The notes under the pieces are model-generated. The model ran no database searches, was not told the origin of the DNA, and saw only the letters and a list, made by a program, of their open reading frames with translations. From sequence record SRR31156797_14741: 64,000 nucleotides of DNA, one strand, 5' to 3'. This document shows positions 40,637-51,817 of this stretch, in pieces. A program made the position numbers and the translations under genes. How positions within the stretch are numbered: the stretch's first letter is position 1; every line of letters starts with the position of its first letter.

Positions 40637-41104
40637 TTGAGTCATCACAATACTTCCGATTTGATTGAAGCATATTTGAAGAAAATTCTTGAAGATAGTG
40701 AAACCATTGAGATTCGTCGCGCGGAAATGGCAAATTTGTTCAACTGCGTGCCCTCACAAATAAACTACGTGATCAATACCCGCTTCACCGTTCAAAGAGG
40801 CTATGCGGTTGAAAGCAAACGCGGCGGGGGCGGCTATATTCGGATCGAAAAAGTCAAAATCACGGACAGCCACCACTACTTAAAAGAAATGAATCAACTA
40901 TTCGATGAAACCATCTCGGAAAAAGATGCGTATGCAATAATCCAGAAACTTTATGAGGAAGGAATCCTGTCCAAGCGAGAAGGCAACTTATTATTGACCG
41001 TCATCGCGAAAGCAGTTCTAGGACGTTCTCCTTATGAAAATAGAACACGAGCTGATTTGCTCCATGCAATTCTAGAACGATTAAGTTACGAAGACAGGAA
41101 GTGA
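40637..41104 (+). CDS. ctsR: Class III heat-shock repressor
   Basis: SDLIEAYLK, CVPSQINYVINTRF, ESKRGGGGYIRI motifs. Confidence 0.96.
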   Translation: MSHHNTSDLIEAYLKKILEDSETIEIRRAEMANLFNCVPSQINYVINTRFTVQRGYAVESKRGGGGYIRIEKVKITDSHHYLKEMNQLFDETISEKDAYAIIQKLYEEGILSKREGNLLLTVIAKAVLGRSPYENRTRADLLHAILERLSYEDRK

Positions 41105-41109
41105 AAGAG

Positions 41110-43590
41110 ATGGATGAATTATTCACCCAACGCGCGAAAGCCGTTTTGGCTATCGCCCAAGAAGAAGCAAAATACTTTAAGCACCAAGCGGTAGGTTCTG
41201 AACATATTCTATTGGCACTGGTCATTGAACAAAACGGGATCGCCGGCAAAACGTTACGGGAAATGAATATCACAGAAAACGATATTCGTGAAGAAATCGA
41301 ACATTTAACAGGGTACGGCACCGTTCGTCAATACCCAGAAAATGCCTATCTCGCGTATTCACCACGAGCAAAACATACATTTGCTTATGCAGGGGATGAA
41401 GCCAAGCGTTTAGGGGCACCGCAGATTGGTACCGAACATCTATTATTAGGCTTATTAAGAGACGAAGACATTTTGGCTTCACGAATCATGCTGAATCTCG
41501 GCTTGAGTCTCGCGAAAATGCGTCAGCTTTTGAAGAAAAAAATGGGCTTCAATGAAAGCAAAACCAACGGAAGTGCTGGTCGTCGTCGTCCAGCCCAAGC
41601 CAAAGCGCAGCAAGGAACACCAACCTTGGATTCCTTAGCCCGTGATTTGACCAAATTAGCCCGTGAAAAACGGTTGGATCCTGTTGTCGGTCGTGCCAAA
41701 GAAGTCAAACGCCTGATCCAGATCCTTAGCCGTCGGACCAAAAACAACCCTGTTCTCGTGGGGGAACCTGGTGTTGGGAAAACCGCGATCGCCGAAGGCT
41801 TAGCCCAAAAAATCATCAATGGGGAAGTCCCAGAAGACATGCAAAACAAGCGTTTGATGATGCTGGACATGGGGGCTTTAGTTGCCGGAACGAAATACCG
41901 GGGCGAATTTGAAGACCGAATGAAAAAAATCATTGATGAGATCTATCAAGATGGTCAAATCATCTTATTCATTGATGAATTGCATACACTGATTGGGGCC
42001 GGCGGAGCAGAAGGGGCGATTGATGCCTCGAATATTCTGAAACCAGCCTTAGCCCGTGGGGAATTGCAAACCATCGGTGCCACGACACTAGATGAGTACC
42101 AAAAATACATTGAAAAAGATTCTGCATTAGAACGCCGTTTTGCCCGGGTGCAAGTTGACGAACCGACACCAGAAGAAGCGGAAGAAATTTTACGGGGCTT
42201 GCGTCCTCGTTATGAAGAACATCATGGGGTGGAAATTTCTGATGATGCGTTACACGCCGCTGTGCAACTGTCCGTGCGTTACATCAATTCGCGCCAATTA
42301 CCAGATAAAGCCATCGATTTGATGGATGAATCAGCTGCCAAAGTGCGTTTAGACAAAACCGATGAAAGTTCAGAATTGGCAGATCTGCAAAACGAGATCG
42401 CCAACTTGATCGAAGAAAAAGAAGCCGCTATTCGTCAGCAAGATTTTGAAGCAGCAGCTCGTTTACGGATCAAGGAAAAGAAATTGACCCAACAGCTGAC
42501 GGAAGTAGCGTTTATGGAAGTCAAAGAAGCATCAGGCTATGCCGATAGTGTTACTGCAGAAGATGTTGCCACGGTCGTTTCCCAATGGACCGGCGTACCT
42601 TTGCAGCAGATGGAGAAAAAAGAAAGCGAACGCTTGTTGGATCTTGAAAAGATCTTGCATCAACGGGTAGTTGGCCAAGAAGAAGCAGTCAAGGCAGTCG
42701 CTCGTTCGATCCGTCGCGCCCGCAGTGGGTTGAAAGACCCCAACCGCCCAATCGGTTCCTTCATGTTCTTAGGCCCGACCGGTGTCGGGAAAACCGAGCT
42801 TGCCAAAGCCTTAGCGGAAGCGATGTTTGGTAGTGAAGATGCCTTGGTTCGTGTCGATATGTCCGAATTTATGGAAAAATACAGCACGAGCCGTTTGATC
42901 GGTTCACCGCCAGGCTATGTCGGCTATGATGAAGGTGGGCAATTGACGGAAAAAATCCGTTCAAAACCTTACTCCGTCATCTTATTGGACGAGGTGGAAA
43001 AAGCCCATCCCGATGTCTTCAATATCCTCTTGCAAGTGCTGGATGATGGCCATTTGACGGATGCCAAAGGTCGTAAGGTCGATTTCCGCAACACGATTTT
43101 GATCATGACCTCTAATATCGGTGCCCAACAAATCCGCGAAGAAAAAAGCGTTGGTTTCAATGTCACTGATTTAACGAAAGATCACCAAGCGATGCAAAAA
43201 CGGATATTAGAAGAGCTAAAAAAAGCCTTCCGTCCAGAGTTCTTGAACCGTGTGGATGAAACAGTAGTCTTCCAATCCTTAGGTGAAGGGGAGATCCACG
43301 AGATCGTGAAGATCATGAGCAAAGCGATCATCAAACGATTAGGCAATCAAGACATCCAATTGAAGATCACGCCATCTGCCATCGATGTGATCGGTAAAGC
43401 TGGTTTTGATCCAGAATATGGGGCACGGCCGATTCGTCGAGCCTTGCAAAAAGAAGTCGAAGACCGTTTAAGTGAAGCACTCCTATCAGGGCAAATTCAT
43501 TTAGGTGACAAAGTGACGATCGGTGCTTCCAAAGGATCGATCACCCTCAATGTCAAAGAGGGACAAGCACGGGTCTTGCAACAAGTTTAA
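41110..43590 (+). CDS. clpC: Clp protease ATPase
   Basis: Clp N repeats, two AAA+ modules ([16 protein letters not shown]) and a UVR linker. Confidence 0.96.
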   Translation: MDELFTQRAKAVLAIAQEEAKYFKHQAVGSEHILLALVIEQNGIAGKTLREMNITENDIREEIEHLTGYGTVRQYPENAYLAYSPRAKHTFAYAGDEAKRLGAPQIGTEHLLLGLLRDEDILASRIMLNLGLSLAKMRQLLKKKMGFNESKTNGSAGRRRPAQAKAQQGTPTLDSLARDLTKLAREKRLDPVVGRAKEVKRLIQILSRRTKNNPVLVGEPGVGKTAIAEGLAQKIINGEVPEDMQNKRLMMLDMGALVAGTKYRGEFEDRMKKIIDEIYQDGQIILFIDELHTLIGAGGAEGAIDASNILKPALARGELQTIGATTLDEYQKYIEKDSALERRFARVQVDEPTPEEAEEILRGLRPRYEEHHGVEISDDALHAAVQLSVRYINSRQLPDKAIDLMDESAAKVRLDKTDESSELADLQNEIANLIEEKEAAIRQQDFEAAARLRIKEKKLTQQLTEVAFMEVKEASGYADSVTAEDVATVVSQWTGVPLQQMEKKESERLLDLEKILHQRVVGQEEAVKAVARSIRRARSGLKDPNRPIGSFMFLGPTGVGKTELAKALAEAMFGSEDALVRVDMSEFMEKYSTSRLIGSPPGYVGYDEGGQLTEKIRSKPYSVILLDEVEKAHPDVFNILLQVLDDGHLTDAKGRKVDFRNTILIMTSNIGAQQIREEKSVGFNVTDLTKDHQAMQKRILEELKKAFRPEFLNRVDETVVFQSLGEGEIHEIVKIMSKAIIKRLGNQDIQLKITPSAIDVIGKAGFDPEYGARPIRRALQKEVEDRLSEALLSGQIHLGDKVTIGASKGSITLNVKEGQARVLQQV

Positions 43591-43859
43591 GTCGAGCCAA
43601 TAACGGTAGTGGCGTTTCTATGGTCGAGCAATCGGCATCCATAGGAACGCCGCTTTTTTGTCTTGCTATGTCTAGTAGTGATCAAGAAGTCTCCACTGAT
43701 TATGATTGATGATTCACAAAAAAATATCCTTCTAAATAGCTTTATGACAACGGTTGATTAATGAGCAAAGCGCTATTCGTGAAAAAAAGAGTAACGAGAC
43801 CTCTTGGAAAGAATCCTGCTGTGTGATACTATGAATGAGTTGAAAAAAGGAGGAGTATT

Positions 43860-44780
43860 ATGGTTGAGATTATCGCCACGGTGGAATCGATCGAGCAAGC
43901 ACAGCAGCTGATCCCTTATGTTGATACATTGTTTTTTGGAGAAGAGACATTTGGGCTGCGCCTACCGGCCTCTTTTTCTCGTGAAGAGCAAATCAGACTG
44001 ATCGACATGGCCCACGAAGCTGGAAAGAAAGTGACGATCGCGGTCAATGGCATCATGCACCCAGAAAAAATGAAGCTGATTCCAGAATACCTAGCATTTC
44101 TGAAGACCAATCAAGCCGATCAAATCGCTCTCGGAGATCCTGGGATCATTTACCGCATGAAGCAAAATCCAGAATGTGCCTTGCCATTTATCTATGCAGG
44201 GGAAACCTTAGTAACAAGCGCTCGTCAAATCAATTTTTGGGGACAAAAAGGGGCAAGGGCAGCCGTTTTAGCGCGAGAAGTTCCTTTCGAGGAAATGAAA
44301 ATCATGGCCCCGCAACTAAATATTCCTGTGGAAGTATTGGTTTATGGTGCGACCTGCATTCACCAATCGAAGCGTCCGCTTTTACAAAATTATTATAACT
44401 ATACCCAACAATCGGAAGAAAAGAACCATGACCGGGGGTTGTTTTTATCCGAACCGAAAAAAGAAGAAACCCACTATTCCATTTATGAAGATAGCCACGG
44501 TACGCACATTTTTGCCAATAACGACATTAATTTGCTGCTGCAGCTGGCGGAATTAGCCGAAACAGGCTTTCAAACCTGGAAGTTGGACGGAATCTATACA
44601 CGAGGGGCAGCCTTTGTGGCAATTGCTAAACTGTTTGCCCAAGCCAAGAGCCTTGTGGAAAGTGGGGAGTGGCAAGCAGAGCAAGCTGCTGTGCTCAGTG
44701 AACATGTTGCCCAACTTCATCCGGCAGAACGTGGGTTAGACACTGGATTTTATGCCATCGATCCTGACGATATCAAGTAA
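43860..44780 (+). CDS. Peptidase U32 family, tRNA hydroxylation subunit 1 (TrhP1/YrrN-like)
   Basis: VLARE, VYGATCIHQSKRPL, WKLDG motifs; paired with a second U32 gene. Confidence 0.85.
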   Translation: MVEIIATVESIEQAQQLIPYVDTLFFGEETFGLRLPASFSREEQIRLIDMAHEAGKKVTIAVNGIMHPEKMKLIPEYLAFLKTNQADQIALGDPGIIYRMKQNPECALPFIYAGETLVTSARQINFWGQKGARAAVLAREVPFEEMKIMAPQLNIPVEVLVYGATCIHQSKRPLLQNYYNYTQQSEEKNHDRGLFLSEPKKEETHYSIYEDSHGTHIFANNDINLLLQLAELAETGFQTWKLDGIYTRGAAFVAIAKLFAQAKSLVESGEWQAEQAAVLSEHVAQLHPAERGLDTGFYAIDPDDIK

Positions 44781-44793
44781 GGAGCAAGAACAA

Positions 44794-46035
44794 ATGACCG
44801 TTAAACAAGCATTGAAACGACCAGAAGTGTTAGCACCAGCTGGTACGTTAGAAAAATTAAAAACAGCGATCCACTATGGCGCTGACGCTGTCTATATCGG
44901 CGGCAATGCCTATGGCCTACGGAGTCGCGCGGGAAACTTTACCTATGAAGAAATGGCGGAAGGGGTAGCTTTTGCCAAAGCCCACAACGCAAAAGTCTAT
45001 GTAGCAGCCAACATGGTGACTCATGAGGGCAATCAAGAAGGTGCAGGGGAGTTCTTTCGGGAATTGCGAGATGTCGGTATTTCGGCCGTGATTGTTTCTG
45101 ATCCCGCTTTGATCCAGATCTGCGCAACAGAAGCGCCGGGTCTACCGATCCATTTGTCCACCCAAGCCAGTGCCACGAACTATGAAACGTTGGAATTTTG
45201 GCGAGAAGAAGGCCTAGAACGGGTCGTCCTCGCTCGGGAAGTGTCGATGGAGGAAGTCGCTGAGATCCGCAAAAATACCAGCGTGGAGATCGAAGCCTTT
45301 ATTCATGGCGCCATGTGTATTTCGTATTCTGGCCGTTGTACTTTGTCCAATCATATGTCGATGCGAGACGCTAATCGCGGCGGCTGTTCGCAATCTTGCC
45401 GTTGGAAATATGATCTGTTTGACATGCCGTTTGCAACGGAACGAAACAGTTTGACCAAGAATGGGACAGTGGAAGAAGAATTCTCCATGAGTGCCGTGGA
45501 TATGTCGATGATCGAACATATCCCTGATCTGATTGAAAACGGCGTGGATAGTTTCAAAATCGAAGGCCGCATGAAATCGATCCACTATGTTTCAACCGTG
45601 GCGAACGTTTATAAAGCAGCCGTGGACAGTTACATGGCCGATCCAGAGAACTATGTCTGCAAACAAGAATGGATCGATGAACTGTGGAAAGTTGCGCAGC
45701 GCGAGCTTGCGTCAGGCTTTTACTATGATACCCCGAGTGAAAATGAGCAGTTGTTTGGTCCACGTCGGAAAATTCCACAATACAAGTTTATTGGGGAAGT
45801 CATGGCATATGATCCGGCAACGAAAACAGCTACGATCCGGCAACGGAACCACTTTTCCGTCGGCGATGAAATCGAATTTTACGGTCCCGGATTCCATCAC
45901 TTTCACCAAACCGTCGAAGTCATGTATAATGAAGACGGTGAATCCATCGATCGTGCACCAAATCCTATGATGCTGCTGACGATGCCGGTCAAAGAACCGG
46001 TGGAAGTCGGAGACATGATTCGGAAGAAAAAATAA
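44794..46035 (+). CDS. Peptidase U32 family, tRNA hydroxylation subunit 2 (TrhP2/YrrO-like)
   Basis: PEVLAPAG, HGAMCISYSGRC, NRGGCSQSCR, KIEGRMKS Fe-S motifs. Confidence 0.9.
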   Translation: MTVKQALKRPEVLAPAGTLEKLKTAIHYGADAVYIGGNAYGLRSRAGNFTYEEMAEGVAFAKAHNAKVYVAANMVTHEGNQEGAGEFFRELRDVGISAVIVSDPALIQICATEAPGLPIHLSTQASATNYETLEFWREEGLERVVLAREVSMEEVAEIRKNTSVEIEAFIHGAMCISYSGRCTLSNHMSMRDANRGGCSQSCRWKYDLFDMPFATERNSLTKNGTVEEEFSMSAVDMSMIEHIPDLIENGVDSFKIEGRMKSIHYVSTVANVYKAAVDSYMADPENYVCKQEWIDELWKVAQRELASGFYYDTPSENEQLFGPRRKIPQYKFIGEVMAYDPATKTATIRQRNHFSVGDEIEFYGPGFHHFHQTVEVMYNEDGESIDRAPNPMMLLTMPVKEPVEVGDMIRKKK

Positions 46036-46128
46036 GGTCGAGAGTTTCTCTCGGCTTTTTTTGTTGAATCAATCCAGCCAAAAAGGATCGATGAGAACAT
46101 AGACAATCTTAAGGAGGAAACAACAAAT

Positions 46129-47475
46129 ATGGAAACATACGACTACATAGTAATTGGCGGCGGCAGCGGCGGGATCGCCTCAGCCAATCGAGCAGGAATG
46201 CACGACGCCAAAGTATTATTGATCGAAGGCAATGAATTAGGCGGCACCTGTGTCAATGTCGGCTGTGTGCCGAAAAAAGTCATGTGGCAAGCCAGTGAGA
46301 TGTTAGAAATGATCAAGCGGGACGCAACTAGCTACGGCATTTATCCACATGTGGATAAATTTAATTTTACTGAGCTTGTGGATAACCGTGAAAAATACAT
46401 TGATTTTTTACACACAGCCTATCAAAAAGGCTTAGATAGCAATAATGTAGAAGTTATCCACGGTTATGCACAGTTTGTGGATAACCACACGGTTACCGTC
46501 AATGGGGAAAACTACCATGCAGCAAACATTTTGATTGCCACCGGTGGAAAACCTAGCGCGATGAATATTCCCGGCGGTGAGTACGCCATTGACTCGAATG
46601 GTTTTTTTGCGTTGCGAGAAGCACCAAAGCGTATGGTCGTCTTAGGGGCAGGCTACATCGCAGCCGAAATCAGCGGGGTCAGCCAACAGCTGGGCAGCCA
46701 AGTGGCTTGGGCGTACCGCAAAGAGCGGCCATTACGAACCTTTGACAAGATGCTTGCGGATAATCTTGTGGAGATGTACCAAGAATCAGGGATCGAAACC
46801 TATGCAGGCTACGTTGCCTCTCGTATCATTAAAGAAGGTGACGAGTATATCGTTCACTTTGAAAATGGTGAAACCTTGACCGGCGATTGCGTCCTTTTTG
46901 CTGGTGGTCGCGTGCCGAATACGGATAAGTTAGGCCTAGAAAACACCGATGTCCAATTGGATGAAAAAGGGTTTATCATTGTGGACAAATATCAAAATAC
47001 CACAGCTGACTCGATTTTTGCAGTGGGCGATGTCATTGGAAAATTAGATTTAACCCCGGTTGCGATCGCCGCCGGTCGTCGCTTGTCTGAACGCTTGTTC
47101 AACGGTCAAAGCGATGCGTACTTGGATTATCACCTAGTGCCGACGGTCATCTTTACGCATCCACCGATTGCCACGATTGGTTTATCCGAAGAAGCAGCCT
47201 TGGCAAAATACGGCCAAGAGCAGATAAAGGTGTATCGTTCGCGCTTTACACCGATGTACTTTGCTTTAAATGAGTATCGCCAAAAATGTGAGATGAAATT
47301 GGTGTGCTTAGGAGAAGAAGAAAAAATCATCGGTCTGCACGGCATCGGGATCGGTGTCGATGAAATGCTGCAAGGCTTCGCTGTAGCCATCAAAATGGGT
47401 GCTACAAAAGCAGACTTTGATCAAACCGTTGCCATTCATCCGACGGGGTCAGAAGAATTTGTGACGATGCGTTAA
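46129..47475 (+). CDS. gor: Glutathione reductase
   Basis: [32 protein letters not shown] motifs. Confidence 0.96.
   Translation: METYDYIVIGGGSGGIASANRAGMHDAKVLLIEGNELGGTCVNVGCVPKKVMWQASEMLEMIKRDATSYGIYPHVDKFNFTELVDNREKYIDFLHTAYQKGLDSNNVEVIHGYAQFVDNHTVTVNGENYHAANILIATGGKPSAMNIPGGEYAIDSNGFFALREAPKRMVVLGAGYIAAEISGVSQQLGSQVAWAYRKERPLRTFDKMLADNLVEMYQESGIETYAGYVASRIIKEGDEYIVHFENGETLTGDCVLFAGGRVPNTDKLGLENTDVQLDEKGFIIVDKYQNTTADSIFAVGDVIGKLDLTPVAIAAGRRLSERLFNGQSDAYLDYHLVPTVIFTHPPIATIGLSEEAALAKYGQEQIKVYRSRFTPMYFALNEYRQKCEMKLVCLGEEEKIIGLHGIGIGVDEMLQGFAVAIKMGATKADFDQTVAIHPTGSEEFVTMR
46339..46484. promoter_or_regulatory. Intragenic DnaA-box cluster
   Basis: Perfect TTATCCACA at 46341 (+) and at 46350, 46377, 46476 (-); TTATGCACA at 46464; near matches at 46408 and 46454. 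Confidence 0.75.
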
Positions 47476-47476
47476 A

Positions 47477-47525
47477 AGAAAAAAAGCCTCAACGGACAGA
47501 TGATTTGTCCGTTGAGGCTTTTTTT
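47477..47525. terminator. Bidirectional terminator between gor and dmkB
   Basis: AAAAAAAGCCTCAACGGACA...TGTCCGTTGAGGCTTTTTTT. Confidence 0.9.
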
Positions 47526-47638
47526 GCGTATAAAATTCTAGCTATCAACTAAAAAGTCCCCAAAAGTAGATCAGAAATCGAACCTTGGGGGCTTATTTCA
47601 GGATGATCCCAGCTGCTGGGTTTATCCTAGATCCTTGA

Positions 47639-48625
47639 TCAGTTCTGACGCCCAAGGATCTGAGCAGTGATCTGATAAAGATATGTTTTGGTTTCATCTT
47701 TGGTCTCAGGCAATTTCTGGATCGCTTGCAAAGCTTTTTTCGTGTAGTCGGCAGCGAGTTTCTTGGCTTCGTCAATCCCGGCGCTTTCTTGGACGATCCG
47801 ATAGACTTCATGGGTATCCGCCTCAGTCATGGCAGCTTGTTTTTCCAGCAGTGGCAACAGTTGTTGGCGGTCATTTTTCAATGCCATCAACAGCGGCAAA
47901 GAATAGACGCCTTGCCGAACATCTTCCAATACTGGTTTTCCTAAGGCAGTCGCATCTTGACTGTAATCCAAGACGTCATCCATGATTTGAAAGGCAAGGC
48001 CAATGGCTTCGCCGATCTCACGGGCTTGATTGGCAAAGCGCAAAGAAGTACCGCTTTCGTAAGCCCCGATGAAGCAGCTTAAAGCAAACAACTCAGCGGT
48101 TTTGCCGCGAATGTTTTCTAAGTAATCCTCGATAGTGACGGACAAATCGTATCGTTTGCTCATTTGTCCTAATTCGCCGGCCAGGATTTTTTCCATACTA
48201 CGGGAATTCATCTGCAAGCTTTTCATGGAGCTGGCATAATCCGCCATCAATTTAAAGCAGCAGACAAAGAGGTAATCACCAGCATAGACAGCGACATCGT
48301 TGCCAAATTCGGAACGAATGGTCGGCAGCTTGCGTCGGGTGTCCGCATGATCGACGATATCGTCGTGAATCAGCGAAGCAGTGTGGAGCATCTCGATCGA
48401 AGCCGCCAATGCGACGGCTTTTTCGCGATCTTTGTCACTGCCATAAGCAGAAAAGAGCAGCTGATAAGCAGGACGCAGCAGTTTCCCACCTGAATGGATC
48501 ATGGACAGGATCGCTTGTTCGACCTCTTTGTTTTTTAGTTTTAATGATTTTTCCATCAATTGCAAGGAGGCAGATAAGTCAGCTTGCAGTGCTGGATACT
48601 CTTGCCACATGGAATGAAGTTTCAT
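47639..48625 (-). CDS. dmkB: Polyprenyl diphosphate synthase (HepT-like) of the FLEET locus
   Basis: GGKLLRP, LIHDDIVD, KTAELF, FQIMDDVLD motifs; FLEET context. Confidence 0.88.
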   Translation of the reverse strand: MKLHSMWQEYPALQADLSASLQLMEKSLKLKNKEVEQAILSMIHSGGKLLRPAYQLLFSAYGSDKDREKAVALAASIEMLHTASLIHDDIVDHADTRRKLPTIRSEFGNDVAVYAGDYLFVCCFKLMADYASSMKSLQMNSRSMEKILAGELGQMSKRYDLSVTIEDYLENIRGKTAELFALSCFIGAYESGTSLRFANQAREIGEAIGLAFQIMDDVLDYSQDATALGKPVLEDVRQGVYSLPLLMALKNDRQQLLPLLEKQAAMTEADTHEVYRIVQESAGIDEAKKLAADYTKKALQAIQKLPETKDETKTYLYQITAQILGRQN

Positions 48626-48636
48626 AATTAACTCCT

Positions 48637-49197
48637 TTATTCTGAATCCGAGCGCCATTTGACTTTGGTCTGGCGTTCATAATCAATTTGAAAACGGCGC
48701 AGTGTTTCAACACGACGCAGCAAGTAGTTGGCGGCGATCCCGATAGCGATCCCGGACAAGATCCCAAAGAAAGACAGGACCGGCAAGTAGAGCATCACGC
48801 TCCAGGATTGAGCGATCCATGAGGCGGTGATCAACTGTCCGACGTTGTGCAAGAAACCGCCAGCCGCACTAATGCCGATGATACTGACACGCTTAGGCCC
48901 CAACTGTTTCACCAAAGACATCCCAAAGTAGCTCAGTAAGGAACCACTCATACTATATAAGAAGGTCGAAACCGTTCCTCCTAGTAACGTCGTTAAAATC
49001 AGTCTTAGCCAAATCAAGAGAAAACTGTCTTTTTTCGGCATGGTGAACAAAGCAATAATGGTAATTAAATTTGCCAAACCTAGTTTCGCACCAGGCGCAA
49101 AGGCAAATGGATAAGGGATCATATTTTCAACTAAACCAATCACGACCCCTTGGGCGACCAGCAGTGAGATGAAAATTATTCGTTGTAATCGACTCAT
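48637..49197 (-). CDS. eetB: Gx transporter/heptaprenyl synthase component I family membrane protein
   Basis: PGAKLGLAN and HNVGQL motifs; multi-TM; symbol assigned by synteny with the Listeria FLEET locus. Confidence 0.75.
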   Translation of the reverse strand: MSRLQRIIFISLLVAQGVVIGLVENMIPYPFAFAPGAKLGLANLITIIALFTMPKKDSFLLIWLRLILTTLLGGTVSTFLYSMSGSLLSYFGMSLVKQLGPKRVSIIGISAAGGFLHNVGQLITASWIAQSWSVMLYLPVLSFFGILSGIAIGIAANYLLRRVETLRRFQIDYERQTKVKWRSDSE

Positions 49198-49207
49198 AAG
49201 CAAACGA

Positions 49208-49615
49208 TCAATAGATTAGATCGTCGGTCTCACTCCCATCTGCGGCTTGGATTTCGATCACCAATTTATGAGGTAGACAGACAATGGTTTCCCCATTTTT
49301 ACTGGCCCAGCCACGGCGCACACAAATCTGGTCGCCGCAATCAGCTTCCTTGATTCGGATCCGATCGCCTTCGATCTCCAGTAAATTGGTATCCCCGTCT
49401 TCATCTTCATAAAGATAGGTGTACGTTTTTTGACCTTCAACTAAGTCAAAACGTTTGATTTCTGTCCCATCGACCCGCAAGACGGCTTCTTTCTCAGCCG
49501 TTTGCGTCTGGCCAAAAATAAAAATCGGTAAAAAAGAGCTGAGGATCAAAACAAGTATGATGACGCCATCCCATGGTTTTAAATGGGCATCGCGGATAAA
49601 TTCTTTTAGTTTCAT
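49208..49615 (-). CDS. eetA: NusG domain II-containing extracytoplasmic protein
   Basis: TM anchor; ADCGDQICV..G..IVCLPHKLVI motif; symbol assigned by synteny. Confidence 0.75.
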   Translation of the reverse strand: MKLKEFIRDAHLKPWDGVIILVLILSSFLPIFIFGQTQTAEKEAVLRVDGTEIKRFDLVEGQKTYTYLYEDEDGDTNLLEIEGDRIRIKEADCGDQICVRRGWASKNGETIVCLPHKLVIEIQAADGSETDDLIY

Positions 49616-49821
49616 CAAAAAAGACTCCTGTTCTTTCATGTGATGTGTCTCATTCTAGCATAAGAAGACAAGATTCTACTAGCTGAATCCTCAATAATCC
49701 ACCGATTTCTGTGCAAGGACGATCAAGAAAAAGTTCTGTACTTGGAAAGAGACCAAGACACTGATTGAAAATCAGAATGTCTTAGTCTCATGAAGTCGTA
49801 CAGGTATTCTATTTTGCTGGC

Positions 49822-51762
49822 TTATTTATTGCCATATAAGGAGCGAGGGGTACCGTACCACCATTTTCCAAGGGTACGTTGCAACCATGGGATTACCCAA
49901 CGATCTAAACCGACTGCGCGTCCTGAACCGTTCATCAAGGCAAACGCAACTGGAATGAACCAGATGTTTACCCAGTAGAACATACCAGACATACAGAAAG
50001 TCAACACTAAAACGATGGTCGTTGCGTTCACTAACCAAGTGAAGAGACCAGCCATCAATGCAAGAGCTAAAGCAATTTCAAAGAAGACCATGAATTTTTG
50101 GAAGAACATTGCAACGTCGTTGTTTGGCATAATAAATTGCATAACTTTTGTGAACCAGTCAGGTGATTTTTCGATCACGATCATTGGTTGTTCACCGTAA
50201 GCATAGCTCAAACCAAAGTGTGCGGCTTGTGTCGCTGCATCGGCTGCTTCACCGGCGCCACTAGCGGCACTTGCTGCATCGGCTGCTTCACTAGCACCAC
50301 TTGCTGCATCAGCGACTGTTTGATATTCCCAAGTCCAAGGGAATACGCTGTTGCCTTGGAACCAAGAACCTTCACCGAACCAAGTACCAGGTTTGAAGAC
50401 TTCCCCATTCGTACCTAAAATTTTCTTGAAGGCTTCAACGAACCAGACAAGACCATAGAAAATACGAAGCGGAACACTCCACAAGACGTTACCGTAACGA
50501 GACGTGTGACCACGAGCGACTGTCCGGTCATCTTTGATGTGGAAGATTTCATGCATCAAGTATTGGAACATGTAGTAACCAGAACGAATATCAAAGAAGT
50601 ATTTCAAGTTAACGATGTGTTTCATAATGATCGCTAAGAAACCGCTCAGGTGAATCTTATTGAATAAGTTCGCCACGCCCCATTTGGCACCGATCGAAAC
50701 CATAAATCCTTGGTAGTTTCCTTTGAATTTATGTTTTTCGCCGCCTTTGATGGCTGCAACGATGTTCGTTGCTGCAGTGTGACCTGTTTGTTCAGCTGCT
50801 TGCACGATTTGTGGTGTTGGTGTATTCGGGAATTCTTCGAAGTAAACCAAGTCACCAATAATATAGATGTTTTTGTCTTCGTAGCCTTTTGCTTCCATGT
50901 ACTCATTGGCAACTAGACGGAAACCACGGGCTGTTTCTAAACCGAAATCAGCAGCATCGCTAGTTCCTTTGACACCGGCAGTCCAGATCAATGTGTGGGT
51001 TGGGATCGTTGAACCATCTTTTAGTTTGATGTGGTCAGGTGCCACTTCAACGATTGGTGCATTCAAGACAAGATCAACATTGTTTTTCTTCAAGTAGCGT
51101 TCTGCTTTGGCTGCATCGTTACGATCAAGCATGTTCAAGATCGTTGGCATTGCTTCAACGACTTTCAAGCTGATTTCACTTGGGTCCAATTTATAATCGG
51201 AAGCTAAACGATCTTTCCAATCGATCAGTTCACCGATCATTTCGATCCCGGTAAATCCAGAACCACAAACGACAAAGGTCAACATTGCTTTGCGTAATGC
51301 TGCATCTGGTTCGATCGCTGCTTTTGCGACAGTTTTTTCAATGTGTTCGCGAATACGGACAGCATCGTCAAATGACCATAAAGTAAAGCCGTTTTCTTTA
51401 ACACCAGGTGTACCAAAGTCATTCGGTTCGCCACCCATCCCTAAAATCAAGTAGTCAAATGAATAGCTACCTAATTTTGTTTGGACGGTTTTATTTTCTT
51501 TATCGATCCCAGTTACTGTATCGGTTACTAAACGAACATTTTTCTTGCGTGAGAACAAGCGCTGCAAGTCATATTGAATTGCGGTAGGTTCTACACGTCC
51601 TCCAGCGACTTCATGCAGTTCAGTCATCATCGTATGATAAGAGTGACGGTCGATCAATGTTATCTCAACATCATTGTCTTTTTTCAATTTCTTTGCCATG
51701 TACTTCGTAGCAGAAACGCCTGCATAACCGGCACCGACAACGACAATGTTTTTCTTTGCCAT
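49822..51762 (-). CDS. ndh2: Type II NADH dehydrogenase with C-terminal membrane domain (EET-type Ndh2/Ndh3)
   Basis: GAGYAG, GSGFTGIE, WTAGV motifs; DoxX-like TM C-terminus. Confidence 0.9.
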   Translation of the reverse strand: MAKKNIVVVGAGYAGVSATKYMAKKLKKDNDVEITLIDRHSYHTMMTELHEVAGGRVEPTAIQYDLQRLFSRKKNVRLVTDTVTGIDKENKTVQTKLGSYSFDYLILGMGGEPNDFGTPGVKENGFTLWSFDDAVRIREHIEKTVAKAAIEPDAALRKAMLTFVVCGSGFTGIEMIGELIDWKDRLASDYKLDPSEISLKVVEAMPTILNMLDRNDAAKAERYLKKNNVDLVLNAPIVEVAPDHIKLKDGSTIPTHTLIWTAGVKGTSDAADFGLETARGFRLVANEYMEAKGYEDKNIYIIGDLVYFEEFPNTPTPQIVQAAEQTGHTAATNIVAAIKGGEKHKFKGNYQGFMVSIGAKWGVANLFNKIHLSGFLAIIMKHIVNLKYFFDIRSGYYMFQYLMHEIFHIKDDRTVARGHTSRYGNVLWSVPLRIFYGLVWFVEAFKKILGTNGEVFKPGTWFGEGSWFQGNSVFPWTWEYQTVADAASGASEAADAASAASGAGEAADAATQAAHFGLSYAYGEQPMIVIEKSPDWFTKVMQFIMPNNDVAMFFQKFMVFFEIALALALMAGLFTWLVNATTIVLVLTFCMSGMFYWVNIWFIPVAFALMNGSGRAVGLDRWVIPWLQRTLGKWWYGTPRSLYGNK

Positions 51763-51817
51763 TGCAAATCTCTCCTTAATAAAAATAATCTATGATAATA
51801 ATTACACAATCGTTCCT

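Noticed and set aside
40637-43590. ctsR-clpC without mcsA/mcsB
   Set aside because: Normal for Lactobacillales
46410-46455. Possible oriC unwinding element (CACAGCCTAT; TAGATAGCAATAATGTAGAAG) within the DnaA-box cluster
   Set aside because: The trio periodicity is not sustained, orientation to the adjacent box is wrong, and there is no AT-rich DUE or dnaA/dnaN
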